From the NCBI GenBank assembly GCA_051294905.1, contig CM119372.1, positions 31,746,001-31,810,000 of the forward strand: a stretch of 64,000 bases of DNA, given 5' to 3'. Below are positions 1 to 12,858 of this stretch, piece by piece (position 1 is the first letter of the stretch; the number at the start of each line of letters is the position of its first letter). This stretch comes from Botryllus schlosseri. Taxonomy: Eukaryota. The notes under the pieces are model-generated. The model did not search any database, was not told where the DNA came from, and saw only the letters and a program-made list of their open reading frames with translations. The position numbers and the translations under genes are program-made.

Positions 1-30
1 TGGCGGGCTAAGCCTACGAAGTAGTATCAT

Positions 31-655
31 TTGAATAGTATATTCATATTGAAATGAGCCCGAATATTTTCGGCTGACACTCGTCAGGGGTAGTCGTCAG
101 CACTAATAGAGAATGGGGAAGAACATTGTATATCAACAATTGCATCACAAAATATGACGTCACCAGCATGAAATGAGATCTCAAATAAGAGAGCGTTCAA
201 TGTACTATTTTAAGATGGTACACGAACTCAACGTATAAACTAGCATGTCCCTAGATATATCAGAACACGTGCATCTCGCTCGGTGAAAAGCTCACCCTTG
301 ACTCATCCGCTCAAGCTTTAGGCTGAGCGTTCAAAGGCCATAAATTCTGCCATTGGCCAACATCTGTTGGATAATCTCACTTGTGCGAAAAATTATCGAG
401 ACGACAGATTTCGCGTCATCGGGAGAGGCCACTCTCGCTTTCATATGTGTGTCTCGGAGTCGACCTTTATCAAAATACATCAGTCCAAGCTTTGTCTATA
501 GGAGTTCCTATACCATCTTAAAATAGTACATTGAATGCTCTCTTATTCGAGATCTCATTTCATGCTGGTGACGTCATATTTCGTGATACGATTGTTGATG
601 TACGATGTTCTTTCCAATTCTCTACTAGTTTCTAACGATTACCCTAACGGCACCC
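31..655. mobile_element. Penelope-like element remnant: 3' end of the GIY-YIG endonuclease between inverted pseudo-LTR copies
   Basis: About 346-530 (+) translates SAIGQHLLDNLTCAKNYRDDRFRVIGRGHSRFHMCVSESTFIKIHQSKLC, resembling the C-terminus of PLE GIY-YIG domains. About 87-228 is the reverse complement of about 502-645. The same family recurs at 43756-44138. Confidence 0.7.
59..90 (-). ncRNA. Minimal type I hammerhead ribozyme motif in a PLE pseudo-LTR
   Basis: Minus strand reads CCC-CTGACGA-GTGTCAGCC-GAAA-ATAT-TC-GGG: CUGANGA and GAAA core, palindromic AATATT helix III, CCC/GGG helix I. Confidence 0.65.
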
Positions 656-699
656 AGTTTGGGAATGACTGCTTTAGAAATTCAGAGCATTGGGCAGGG

Positions 700-1349
700 A
701 TTTCTCTCCTTACCAATAACAGATAGCTAGCTCTCTTTGGGACTCACATCAGCGTCTCCGATTTCAAATGCGTTGCCGCACTGCGCGATGAAGCGGCAAT
801 CTCCTCGTCGAGGCTCGGGAATATTAACTAGATTCCCGTTAAACTAGGCTTACCATACGTCCTCTTTTAAGAGGATTTGTCCTCTTTTTTGACATTTTTG
901 AAAGTGTCCTCGGAGGACGCCCTTTTGTCCTCTTTTTTGAGATTTTGTCCTCTTTTTTGAAAATTTAGGTCTGATATGCCGCAAATTAGCACAGAAGTGA
1001 CGGTCCGGCGGATATTTCGGAGTGAAAAACGGTGAATTTAGCTCTGAGCGAAAAGATGACCTAATTTTTTTTTTTTTTTTAGTCAACCGACCGCAAAGTG
1101 GGGAAAATTCACTGGTTTTTGAGAATTCTACTCCGTTTTTGTATCTTGCAAATTTCTGAAAAAGTGTCCTCTTTTTGCATTTTCAAAATATGGTAAGCCT
1201 ACGTTAAACCTTTGAGAGGCCGCAAACGAGCAATGCCCCGATCAAAAACTGAACTCGCATGTTCCTTATGGTCGACTGACCCATGTTCAACTGCTCTTCA
1301 TATGGAACTATTCTCCAATTCGACCTTGAAAGATCTCATTTGAATATTT
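700..1349 (-). pseudogene. Decayed 28S (LSU) rRNA fragment, interrupted by a MITE
   Basis: The plus strand has GACTGACCCATGTTCAACTGCT..CA.ATGGAAC..TTCTCCA.TTCG.CCTT.AAAG.TCTCATTTGAATATTTG (about 1274-1349) and TCGGGAATATTAAC..GATTCCC (about 816-838). Both match, from memory, the antisense of conserved eukaryotic LSU rRNA in the expected order. Outer limits are approximate. Confidence 0.75.
845..1201. mobile_element. Non-autonomous hAT-type MITE
   Basis: TIR TAGGCTTACCATA / TATGGTAAGCCTA; 8-bp TSD CGTTAAAC at 837-844 and 1202-1209. Relatives at 16579-16881 and about 51090-51220. Confidence 0.9.
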
Positions 1350-1479
1350 GGTCCTGATGGGCGACGTGGCGACAGCGGTTACCGCGTTGGTACCGCTGCC
1401 TTACGTTAACCAATTTCAGAAAGAATGATCGATCTTGACGGTACTCATGTAGAAGCATGTCCACAACCTTCAGTAAAAC

Positions 1480-2150
1480 TATCTGTTTGTGAAATAGCAT
1501 GCACCGTGACAATCTCAACAATTTTACTTGCTTTGCTTTGTCGTCAGCAAATGATGCTTATTCAACCAATTAATGAAATTAAAATCTAGTAGGCGTACGG
1601 GGTCAATCTTGATTTCATATGTTTATTGTATCATAAAAACCAAATCAGTGCGATTGGGGTGTTGGCTACTGCTGTATAATTTGTTAATGGGGTAATATCG
1701 GTAGCAAGTATACAAACCCGTTTTACACTCTGCTCAATATCAGCGTAGCAATACTTAGACACCGAATACAATGTCCGGTCTGGCCTAGACTGTCCAGGCG
1801 TAAGCTTATATTTCCTTACAAGTCCTCGTCAAAATTGTTGGCAAAGAGACGGATGATATTGATTTTATGGGATTATTATATCATTTGAATGCCCCAGTTG
1901 ATACATTTGGCGACGTCTAGAATGTCAATATGTACTTCAACATTGTGGCATTGTGGCCCGAGTCGTCGCCAGGTATCGTGTACCTGTACAATGTACATTA
2001 ATATAAGGCTATCACGTCACTGAAATTGAGGGTTGGATTAGCAATATGACGTCACGTGACGTTATGAGGTTCACGTTCGCGTTGACACAGAACCTTCCAA
2101 GGTTCGTGTTCACACGATTCTGAACCTTTCAGACGTTCACGCCATCCCTA
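1480..2150 (+). repeat. Truncated copy of the 5848-6833 MITE family
   Basis: Colinear similarity to about 6070-6833, ending in the same GTTCAC.CCATCCCTA terminus. Confidence 0.8.
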
Positions 2151-4131
2151 ATCTCAACATTGTCAGTTTGTGGACGGGTACAATTTTAAAACAAATGTAG
2201 AGGACCGATGAACTTTCAAGAGGTCAACCGAGATTAAATCATGATAAAAGTATGCAACTGAAAGCAAATAATAGTCGAAATTTTTTGCTGTCTATGTGAT
2301 ATTTCACATGTTATCCATGTTTCTACTGAGGTTTCTGCTGGACAACGTCACGTTAAAACCCCCGACTGTTGGGTTTATTTTAAAAGAAATGCGATTTCGT
2401 TGTTTGCTAGATTCAAATGTATCTCTTGATTTTAGTTTCAAGTGTAGTCAAATTAAGTTTAAAAAGTATTGAAAATCATAATAACGGTCATAAACGGGTT
2501 TTAGGCAACTTTTAAACAGTTTGGTACAGCACTTGCAGCATTGTGACATGGGAACTCGAAAATAGTCCATGAACTCTATGTCACGTCAAAATTCGTTCTT
2601 ATTTACATTCCAACTTTCCAAATAAGATAAAAAAATAGGTGCTTGAATTCTCTAATAATGTAAAAGCGTCGAACCATTTGTGAATAAAATAAAACTAATT
2701 TGGCGGTCCCTCGATAGCGAACCATACACTGACTCAGATAACATTGTTACGACGAGTGACTGTGATTGCGCTTCGCATTAAATCAAACCAATCAACTCGC
2801 CGTCTTCAATGCCATGCTATAATGACACGCTATTATTTGACCTAGTTGCACTTTTGTGGTGACTGAACGACCTAGATCGCGCCGCAAAATTAGATAACAT
2901 CCTTTTCATAAAACAATAATGCTACTGCCTGCTGACGAGGGACTTTGCCCCACAAGTATGAGAAGTCCACGCATCGTATTTGATTACCCGTTTCTGAGCA
3001 TCTTGTGATCGATATGGGTATATTATTTCCCCAGTCTGTGATTTAGAAAGTATTCAATATCTCTACCGCAATCCTATATGATGGGCGTATATTCTTACAC
3101 ACACTACAATTTGTGTCCGGTAAGAATATTATTATTAATGTATTGCATCGGCTCGTGATATGCTACCCATCCCCATCCTTTCATATAATACGCATTCATG
3201 CTCCGATCCAAATAGTCCAGGATAGTATAATGCTTGTCAATTACGGGCAAGATTCTGCTTTGTTCCAAGCTATATTACAGTCTCGTCTTTAAAATTGCAC
3301 TCTTGAAGGAAATTTATCAGGAAATTACATCGCTTAAGAATTGTAATGGAGAGGGATTCGCCAAAATCAATCATGATATATGCTGTATGCGCGTATTGTA
3401 CTCGATATTTACGAAGTTGTGGATTTACTGCATAAATGGTTGAAAATCGGTGGCGGTGCGTAACAGAGTGGTAGCCTACTGATATCCGGTGGCGCGGTGG
3501 TTCCCAAATTTTTTTGCGACATTCCCAACTTTGAATTGTTTGCGGGTCTTCATTCCCCACAGCCTAAAATCCCTCTATCCAACTTTAAAAATGATCTCTC
3601 CAATAAAATTTGGCAAGACTGTGCTCAGTAAGGAGTTTGTATTGGTGCAAATTGAAATGCCCTAGGATTGATTGTGACGACCAGCGTAAAGAAAACCAAT
3701 AATTGTGACAATTTCTCATAATTTTTCGAACAATTGTGAATACGAGGTCGAGTTAAATGGTCGTATTTTCTTTTAACTGCAGTATATACGTTTAATCGAA
3801 CTTCAAGTTCGTCAGAGTGATACGCCTGAAGTCACGGACAAGCTATTTGTTTATTTGAGTGCACCCAGTATTCCTGGGACGTCTGACAGTATACATAAAA
3901 AATATTCTTTTACTGCAACATGAAACTTATTGTGTACCGGCAACCCGCAGAAATCTGAGAAAATCGCATCATGCTAAACGTGGTAATTACTCCAATATTT
4001 GTTATCTTGAATTTAAAATTACCTTTTAGGAACAAAACGCCATAAAATGTGCGACGCATGGCCTACTGTTCAGGACAGTGAACATGTAACCGCAATCGTG
4101 GTGCTATGCCCCGGTACATATGCATATAGTG

Positions 4132-5801
4132 AAGAGGTCTCAAACACGCGGCCCACGAGAACATTTTGTGCGGCCCGCGACGGCATTTTGGAATTTCAAG
4201 TATTCGACAGTATATTCAAGTTCCATATATATTTTTTAGATATAAGAACTTAAAGTTAACCCTGAAACTACAATAAAAATCACTGAATCTCAACAAACTT
4301 CACTATCACATCACCTTTAAAAGCTACCATGCCGTAGAAGATCAGCTATTATGTCACATTTCTAATTCATGATGATGAAACAAGACCCGTTGATGATTAG
4401 TGACTGAAAATTGGGATTTGGTTTGGTGCGACCTTTCGTAAAATACTCGATTTCGGATTGACTGGGTGATTAAATAAAAATGACTCTAGTTGATTTGGGT
4501 CAAACGTTAAAATCAGAGAAGGACTTGCGACTCGGAACGGTGACTTGGTAATCCTATAGACGCAACAATCTATGAAACTGTCATGGGGAATGGTAATATA
4601 TCAAAAGGACGTAGCTTGCGTTGCGTAGGGTATAGCTATCTGACCAGGTCAGTGTAGCAACCATTGGCATTCTGTGACCCCGTGACGTATGGTTGGTTAC
4701 ATGCTAGGTTTGTTTGTGGTATTTATGGTGTTTGTCGACTACTATGGTCATTTACACCAGGTCAATTTGATTCAGTTTTATTCCTTAGCTGCCAACTTGT
4801 AGGACGGCCCACTTCTAGGTTTTTATAAGACACCGCTTACACGGATGATATGGCGAGGAGGAGCGTAGTTACATGCTAGGTGTTGTTTGTTCTCTACATC
4901 CATGTTATTATCGGTGGCGAGTAAGGTAGTAGTACGCTCCACAGCTGTAACACCAATGAATTTTTCGGCGATTGGACATTTCTATTCCAGGGGTTCTTAA
5001 CCAGGGTCTGTATGGACCCCTTCGGGGTACGAAGCACCACATCAGGGGGGTACGAAATGCATTGTGGAATTAGGCATATATGCTGTGGAATGTTTTCTTC
5101 GCCAATTTGAGCAATTGAGAAATAGTCTTCGCGTTACGCGCGATTTTATGTGAATGGACTTTCTGATTTTAATATAAGGTACCATCAGAAATTGTGTTGA
5201 AAATGAACAGGGGATACGATCGCTAAAAAGGTTAAGAAACAATGCTATTACTATGGCTCAATAATAATGATTATATTTCAGTTGTTATTGATATGTTCCA
5301 ATAATAATTGAAGGCAAAATCAAACGTTGATTTAATTTGACTTTGGCAATGACAGAAACAATAGCCTACCTATCACGACTATATCAAAACCCGGATTTGG
5401 CTACACCGCTCAGATGCTCTGATATCAAATCAATCTTCATTAGATTTTAAAATATTCTACATAAGATTGTGGCACGTCAAAGGTCCACTATAGCTGCAAT
5501 ATTATACTCCGACTGCAACCTCTCGCATGATGTCTATAACTCATTATTTTAACAAATTATGCCCAGCACAAAAACAATTTTATACAAATATATGAAAATG
5601 TGATATTTTCGCGTCAATCGTGAATGGTACAATGGTAAATTACATTTTCAAGATGGTTGTGGAATGCCTTCTGCAAGGTCCCGTCAAATAAGGTCTACTT
5701 GGAAATTATACATTGAGTATCCGTATTATTTATGCTGCGGCCCGCGGCGTCATCAAAAACTAGGAAATTGGCCGCAAGTATATTTGAGTTGGAGACCTCT
5801 G
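4132..5801. mobile_element. Non-autonomous hAT element (composite)
   Basis: TIR (A)AGAGGTCTCAAAC / GTTGGAGACCTCTG; TSD ATATAGTG at 4124-4131 and 5802-5809; GCGGCCCG subterminal motifs. Confidence 0.8.
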
Positions 5802-5847
5802 ATATAGTGTATGTCTTTATTTTGCGAGTGTTTCTGTTCTCCACTAG

Positions 5848-6833
5848 TAGGGATGGTGTGAACGTGACGTTCACGTTCGCGTTCTGTGTGTGAACCTCGG
5901 AAATTTAGAGGTTCGCGTTCACAACAGAACCTTGGTAGGTTCTGCACTGTGAACCTTTTGGTAAATTGTAATTTTCACTCCATCATAAGATTTTTGGCTC
6001 AAATTTATTGCATTTCAACTGCGGGCCACTCCATGCATGGTGCTGGCAGCATAAAAAGTCAACACTAAACGAGCATGCACCATGCACCTCGACAACCTTA
6101 AAAGTTTTACTTGCTTTGTTGCAAAAATTTTCTCGGAATATCCAGCTTTCCGTTTGTGAATATTTAGTGACTCTCTGCTGTGAGCTTGACTCGCAATCGA
6201 TATACGTAGTCAGCGAATGATGCTTATTCAACCAATCAATGACATTGATATCGTCTTCTGATGTAAGAAATGGAGAGGTCGTACTGGGTCAATCTTGACT
6301 TCATATCTTTACTGTATGATTAAAACCAAATCCGTGCGATTAAGGTGCTTGCTACTGCTGCATAACTTGTTGTTTGTGGTATCGGTAGCGAGTATAGAAA
6401 CCCGTTGTACACTCTGCTCAATATCAATATAGCAATAGTCAGACTCCGAACACATTGTCCGGTCTGGCTAAGACCGTTAAGGCGTAAGCTTATATTCCTT
6501 GGTAAGTCCTCGTCGAAATTGTTGGCAAAGCGACGGAATGTACTGATTTTATGCAATTATTATATCCCTTGTTTACCGCAGTTGATACATTTAGCGACGT
6601 TTAAAACGCCGATATGTACTTCAGCATCGTGGCATTATGTGGGACGAATCTTCGCTAGGTATCGTGTACATTAATATAGGGCATAGGCTATCACTCCATT
6701 GAAAGAAAAGGTTGGAATTAGCAATATGACGTCACGTGACGTCACGAGGTTCACGTTCGTGTTCACACAGAACCTTTCAAAAAGGTTCGCGTTCACACGA
6801 ACCTGAACCTTTCAGAGGTTCACACCATCCCTA
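5848..6833. mobile_element. Non-autonomous hAT MITE with GTTCAC/GTGAAC subterminal repeats
   Basis: TIR TAGGGATGGTGTGAAC / GTTCACACCATCCCTA; TSD TCCACTAG at 5840-5847 and 6834-6841. Confidence 0.9.
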
Positions 6834-7501
6834 TCCACTAGTATCTCAGTAATTCCCCACTGGGAATTCCCCACCTGCGCAAGCGGATATTGCCGTGACT
6901 ATTTGCTACTGGTGTTAACAATCATTTTGATCACACCGCCACATGACACGATTCCCAGCGAATTGATCAGATTCCGCGGTTGTGACCAAGACACGAGGGT
7001 CCGAGTCAATATAAGTCATTTCATCATTTCACTCATGTCATTGCGAGCATTTTTCATTTTATCACCAATTCAAGTCCGAGCCCAAGTTATGATAACAAAG
7101 GCCAAGACCTAGTCCAAGATCAAGTCGTGGTTTTCTGTAACTGATATAATCGGCTGGTCATTTTTTATGTGTAATGTCCTGCCACAATTGCAAGTAAAAT
7201 GGTATCACACGCAGCATTGGGTCAATCTTGTTTTCTCCTAATTGTTGAACTCACATGTGTTCCAAATAACATGACTTCCAATAGCACTGCATGCATACTA
7301 GGACGAGCCATGAATAGTCCATGAAATGGATATCCTCTGTTTGTTTTTTTTAATTTTTGGCCGTTGCCGGATCGGACAGGGACACATACTTTTCCTGGTA
7401 ATTCCGGACCGGATTCCATTTCGAAGAAACAGGATCGGAGTCAGACTATGGAATTTGTCGATCTGACCCACACTACTGTATACCACACAAGCTGTTTAGA
7501 C

Positions 7502-9177
7502 CAGTGGTTCTCAACCTTTTTCACCTCGCGGACCGGTAAAATTTTAAGAAATATTTGGCGGACCGGTGGACTTTCAGAAATCGATATTAACCCATAGTGT
7601 AATGTTTAAAGCCAGTTTTTGCAAGTATATGGGGCTAGAGAGTGACATTTCGAGGGTTTTGATCGTAATTAATTATATTCATGATGGTATCCATGTGATT
7701 TTACGGTAATGAGTCTGCTGAGTCGAGGTAAAATTGCCTTTCCCAGATAAACGACTACCGCCGAGAGTCGTTTACAGTCTATCGCGCAGTATGCCGTAGA
7801 TTTAACCGACCACGCCAGCTCGAATAATCTTCTTCTCTTCGACAATATCGAGAGAAGTGTTTCGAAGTCGAACGAAGCACCTTGTCGCGCTACCCTGTTG
7901 AATGTTCATTGCCAACTACCACCATCCGGCGAGGCTACTCTTGCTACTACGAATACAATGCGCCGCACGAAAACACCTCGCAACAGCAATACCTGGCCAA
8001 TGGCCATACACAAAACCAGTGCCGAAAAGGCCCGTCGTCAGTCAACCCCCGAAAACGTTGGTCTTGGGCCCCCACAGTTAGATGGATGCTTTCACCATTA
8101 CTTGTGAGCACATCCATTCTGCTCAATGCAGGCAGAGAGTTTACGTGGCCTAATCGCGCAAAGTGCGGAAATTTTTTATAATTCATGACCGAATCAGTCT
8201 ATATTATTGTTAATTGCTTACATATTGTTCTAATTTTTTTATCCTCTCAGAATTATCAAATACTCCGGTAGGGCTGAGTGTTGTGTCGTCTTGGAAAATT
8301 TACGGCATGTTATCAAATTAAACATATTCGGGCAGGACTGTTGCAATATTTACTTCGCTGCATGTCATTAATTCATGACCTACTGCCTGTTATATAGTGA
8401 ATAGATATTAAAATCGCCCAAGCGTTCTAAGCAAAAGACGCACACGATTCCAAATTGCTATTTCTTCACTGGAAAATAACTTTTCTCTGTGGGATGACGT
8501 TTTTCCTGTGGGGTGCAGATTGCCAGGACAGCGAAATTCAGTTCCAGTCATTCAGGTGCCTATGGACAATTTGACTTACAAAGGGCAGTTAGCCCAAACT
8601 TCATCATGTGTTGGTGCGTCGTGGCGCGGCAATGACTGACGCCGAAAATGCCTGATCTTATAAATCATGCGTATTTATTGCCGGAAGGGCACCCAATAAT
8701 CAAGGTATTTAGTGACACAAAATAGGACAAAGCGTGAAAAAAATAAAAACAATTGGATGAAGTTTCTACTAAAACACTCTACAATTTATGTTCATTTAAG
8801 AAATACCTTTGGGCCCCCTTCAAGCTCGGCCCCTTCAATTGCGGGTTTGTGGTGCTGCAGTTACGATAGGGTCATAGGCTACTGCACAAAATGAGTGACT
8901 GGAAAACGAGTCATCTTGCAAACTGCGCATTTCAGCGAGTCATCTCGTACCTGTCGCTCGCATGTCGTCAAATGACACGGCTCGAACTTCAAGTCAAATG
9001 TTTCCAGACCTAATGTTACCTCACGAAGTTCTCAATCAGTTTAAATTTTGATGTTTTATTTATTTTATCAATGGACAAGTCTTCAACATATTGCATCTTC
9101 AAATTAAGGTATGGAATTGTAAAACGCCTGGCGGACCGGCAGGAAAGTCGTCGCGGACCGGTGGTTGAGGACCACTG
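7502..9177. mobile_element. Non-autonomous hAT (Buster/Charlie-like) element
   Basis: TIR CAGTGGTTCTCAACC / GGTTGAGGACCACTG; TSD GTTTAGAC at 7494-7501 and 9178-9185. Confidence 0.9.
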
Positions 9178-9917
9178 GTTTAGACCACTGAAAACTACGC
9201 TAGTGAAAACCCTGTACTAGATGAAGGTGCATTGTAACGAATGTTCCTGTGAATAATGTACCAGAAATTTGTCCGCGCAAATACAAGAGCAAATGTCAGA
9301 TATTAGATTACGAACACGAACGTAGCTTATTCGTACGTAGCAATCTACAGGTAGGATACATCAACGACATTTTGGCGCTTGACATGTCGCCTTGAAAGAT
9401 ACCATTGCGTATCTGAATTGTACAGGTTTCTGTTTCACCTTGGTCATGTTTGATCAACAGTTTTGTATGCCAATTTTTCATTGAATCTTCAATAAATCTG
9501 ATGATGATCGGATTCATTTTGTACATACGCATTGTTTTCAGTATCCATGTGTGAGGGACTGAATCGAAAGCTTTTTTGTAGTCTATCCATGCCATGCTGA
9601 GGTTAGTGTGTCTCCTCTTCCAGTTTTCAAGAATGGTTTTGTCAAGGAGCAGGTGGTTCTTACAGCCAAGGGCGCCTTCCTTGGATCCTTTCTGCTGAGG
9701 CGGAAGAAGGTTTTCTAGGTGCTTGTAGCTTCGTTTCGCCAGGATTTTGGTCAGTGTTTTTTACATGGCTGTCAGGCATGTTATCTGCCTGTAGTTCTTG
9801 AGATCCCTGGTGTTTTCATTTTTTGGAATAAGATAGGTGATCCCTTCTGTGAACCAGGCTGGGATCTCGTGCGAGTTGGTTGAGGATAAAAGCTCGTTGT
9901 AGGTCGCCGCTAGGTAA

Positions 9918-11278
9918 CATAACATAACATGGTTGGGTTATATTTTTGATCTGAACAAGTCACACACAATGTACAATGCGATAAGACACAATGCGATGTC
10001 ATGAACAGATAGGAGGATGTAGAACGACACGCATCAGTAGCGATCCTTTACTCTAACATCCACCTCGGCGTAGAGTAGGGGAGATGTGGTACCGATGGAT
10101 CAAAAATCGGAAAATGATCGCTGGCCCTGAAATGTTCAGCCGAAAACAGCAGATCTTTTGCTGGCTCAGCACTTTGATACAAGCTCTACCTATCGCGCAC
10201 ATATACATGAATATCTGTCTTTTTAAAAAATATTTATGGGCGTTCAAAATTTGTAGCTCGAACGTGTCATCGGTCCCCACCCGGTGGGTCCAATGACACA
10301 CGACCCGGAGACCTATGACACATATACCCTAAAAAACTCAAATGTGACTACTTTTCTTGCTCAGTATTATAATCTAAGCTACAGCAAGCCAAAGAAGAAT
10401 GTTTGGTCGCAACTGTCAAAAAATAGAATAAATATTAACTCAAATGTTGTCATAAAATCACGTTTCGATTTAGGCTCGGACTTATAAATTTGAGGGTACA
10501 TACATATTGTCCGAAAATCGACAGTGTGACTTCCAAATACCTCGTTATAGCGATAAAACATCATATGCAATTATTACATAAAGATTTTCTGTACGTAGAC
10601 ATGTTTCATTTGTTTCATGATTAGTATGCTTGATTATTTTGCTTGATTTGGCTATTGTATCATCGGTCCCCACCCTACGAATTTTATACATGAATCGAAA
10701 AAAAGTCCACTCAAGGAAAGTACTGAAAAAAATAATAGGTGCCATTATATAGCCTGATACAAGTCCTACACTTCACAATAAAAAGGATTGCTGGTTTGTT
10801 CGTGTTGAAGGTTACAAAGAAAAATGTATATGTCGATCTAAATTTAGTTTACACCCCCTAAAACAAAAATCATCTGTGAGAGACCACATTGCTCGCGATC
10901 GTCGAATTTTTTAGTATGTGAGGAAAGATTTTGCCAGCATGCAATTGTAGACAAGTTCACGGAGTGTAATCATGGAATTATCATAGAGAATTTTCAAAGT
11001 ATTTTCGGTCCCAGTGATCCATCGGTACCACATCTCCCCTACCCGATGTCACAGTTTTTTGTTCGATGTTGATCTCTTTGAAGCCGCGGCTCTTTCTACT
11101 AGTTCTTTTCCATTCATTGTGAGTGCTTTCTTTCGTCGGTTTTTTTTTCTGGGCTTTTTTTTTGTCGCCGTAAGAACGGCAACGGCAGGGGAAGAGGAGC
11201 CCAGATAAACCTCCGACGGGAATCGAGCCCGGTTCTTGCGTGCTGGGCGCTTATCGTAACCACTACACTATCTCCCCC
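9918..11278 (-). mobile_element. tRNA-derived SINE containing a nested MITE
   Basis: Minus-strand head with A box TAGTGTAGTGG (11260-11270) and B box GGCTCGATTCC (11219-11229); (TGTTA)n tail at about 9915-9931. Confidence 0.65.
10078..11039. mobile_element. TA-flanked MITE (Tc1/mariner-pogo type)
   Basis: Perfect 25-bp TIR GGGGAGATGTGGTACCGATGGATCA, with TA on both sides; TIR-like internal motifs TCATCGGTCCCCACCC at about 10267 and 10659. Confidence 0.8.
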
Positions 11279-12858
11279 GCAATTAATTATGTGTTGCAGT
11301 TAGTTTTTTCAGACAAAAGTTTTTGATCGGGTCAGGACAGGACCAGCTGCTTTCCAGTTCAGTGAACTTTTTAGGGCCTACTTGATTTCCTGGTTTGTGA
11401 TTTTTGACCATTGTTGTTCTGGTGTTTGTAGGTGGTCAGTGTGGAGGTCTTGTATCCAATTTGCATTTGAGTTGTGCAATTTTTTGGTTTCCCATATTTT
11501 CTTCCAAAATGATTCCACATCTGCAGTGGCTGGTATTTTGCTGCTGGTAATTTTGTGGTTTGACTTTTGTTTTATCATTCGGAAAAATTGGCCAGGTTTG
11601 CGAGCAAATAACAAGTTTTGGCGATTTTGTGTTTCTCGTTTTTTATATCGTTTCAATCGTTGTGCTTTGGCGCATATTCTCATTTTTAATTTTTCTTGCA
11701 ACATTGTAACTTTTTTGTTGACTGCAGTTTGGTTTGGTGCTCCAGTTCAGTTCTTTTTACTTTATTTTTTACTTTGTGGGAAACATTTCCTTTTCTTAGT
11801 TCTGAGAGTATCGCAACATCACACCTTAGTTTTGCGATTTTGTTTTCAATTCTACGTTGCCAGCGGGCGTATGGCTTCCCTTTTTTTGTTGACAGGTCTT
11901 TGTATTTTAGAGGGGCTTTCTGAGATAACTGCCGCAGTCCTGTAAATGAGATTGTTGATTGTTGTTAAGGGACATTGTGGCCTTTCTCCTTGTTTTTCAT
12001 TTAGAATTGCAGGTGGTATGGTTTCTGTCAAAATTTTGTTCGCTACTACAATATCAGTTTTCAGTTTCTTTGTAATTTGGAGGTCAGGTAAATTCACTCT
12101 GTCATTTATATCCAATGTGGAGTTCATTCGGTCGATGATTTGATTTTTGATCTCCAATTCTAATTCCATGTCCATCTCATCAACGTTAGGTGTTGTTGGG
12201 TCACTCGGGAGCCCGATGGTATTTCGTAATTCTACTCCTGCGATTATCGGGTCGTCAAGTGATTGTTGCTGGTTCAGGTCGTCTTGGTCGAATTGTAGTT
12301 CCCTTGCCTCAGAATTTTCTATGTTTTTGTTACAAATTTCTCCCTCGATTTCTGCGAGTTCTTGTTCAGATAATTTTTTTTATTTGTTATCACATAACGT
12401 CTCATTGTTGCCAGGGTATTGGCAGTCATGGTTGGCGAGTTATTTGTTCTCTCTTTCAATTTTTGAAAAGTTCCTTCGGTTACTCCTGTCGAGTTTTCAT
12501 GTTTGGCCAAGAAGTAACATCTCATTATTTCTTTATACACTTCTTTACTCCATCTGTGTCTCTTCTTTTTTTCTTTTGCAGCGGAGCTGTTTTGTGAGCC
12601 ACAGTTCGATGTTGCACAGGCGCCATGTTAAGAAATATCTCCTTGTTGGTGTTCCTGTGTGGTCGGAGTTGATGTGTCTTCTGGGATCATCCACCTGTTT
12701 CTATGGCGGGTACGTCCAGGTGAAATATATCCAGATCGTTTGGCAGGCATCCACAGCAGTGGCGCGTCAGTTCAGAAGTTAGGTTAAGTTAAAGTAATTG
12801 AATAATTAATTAATCCTTAATACAACCAATTTTTTTAAATTAATTATATTGTTATTAT

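Larger units (their letters stand above)
9385..12790 (-). mobile_element. Decayed R4/Dong-type non-LTR retrotransposon (N-terminal region and 5' half of RT), split by a SINE
   Basis: Motifs KAQRLKRY...QNLLF and FWKKIWE (11378-11704), NWKAAGP..NFCLKKLT (about 11290-11365), then WFTEGITYLIPK, NYRQITCL, AWIDYKKAFDSVPH and GIFQGD (9385-9915). The reading frame resumes across the insertion at about 9918-11283. Confidence 0.8.

Noticed and set aside
2925..2960. CTGACGAGGGACTTTGCCCC hammerhead-like motif
   Set aside because: Lacks the GAAA core and a matching helix I/III.
11382..12782. Plus-strand ORFs of 187 and 211 aa
   Set aside because: Antisense shadows of the minus-strand non-LTR ORF.
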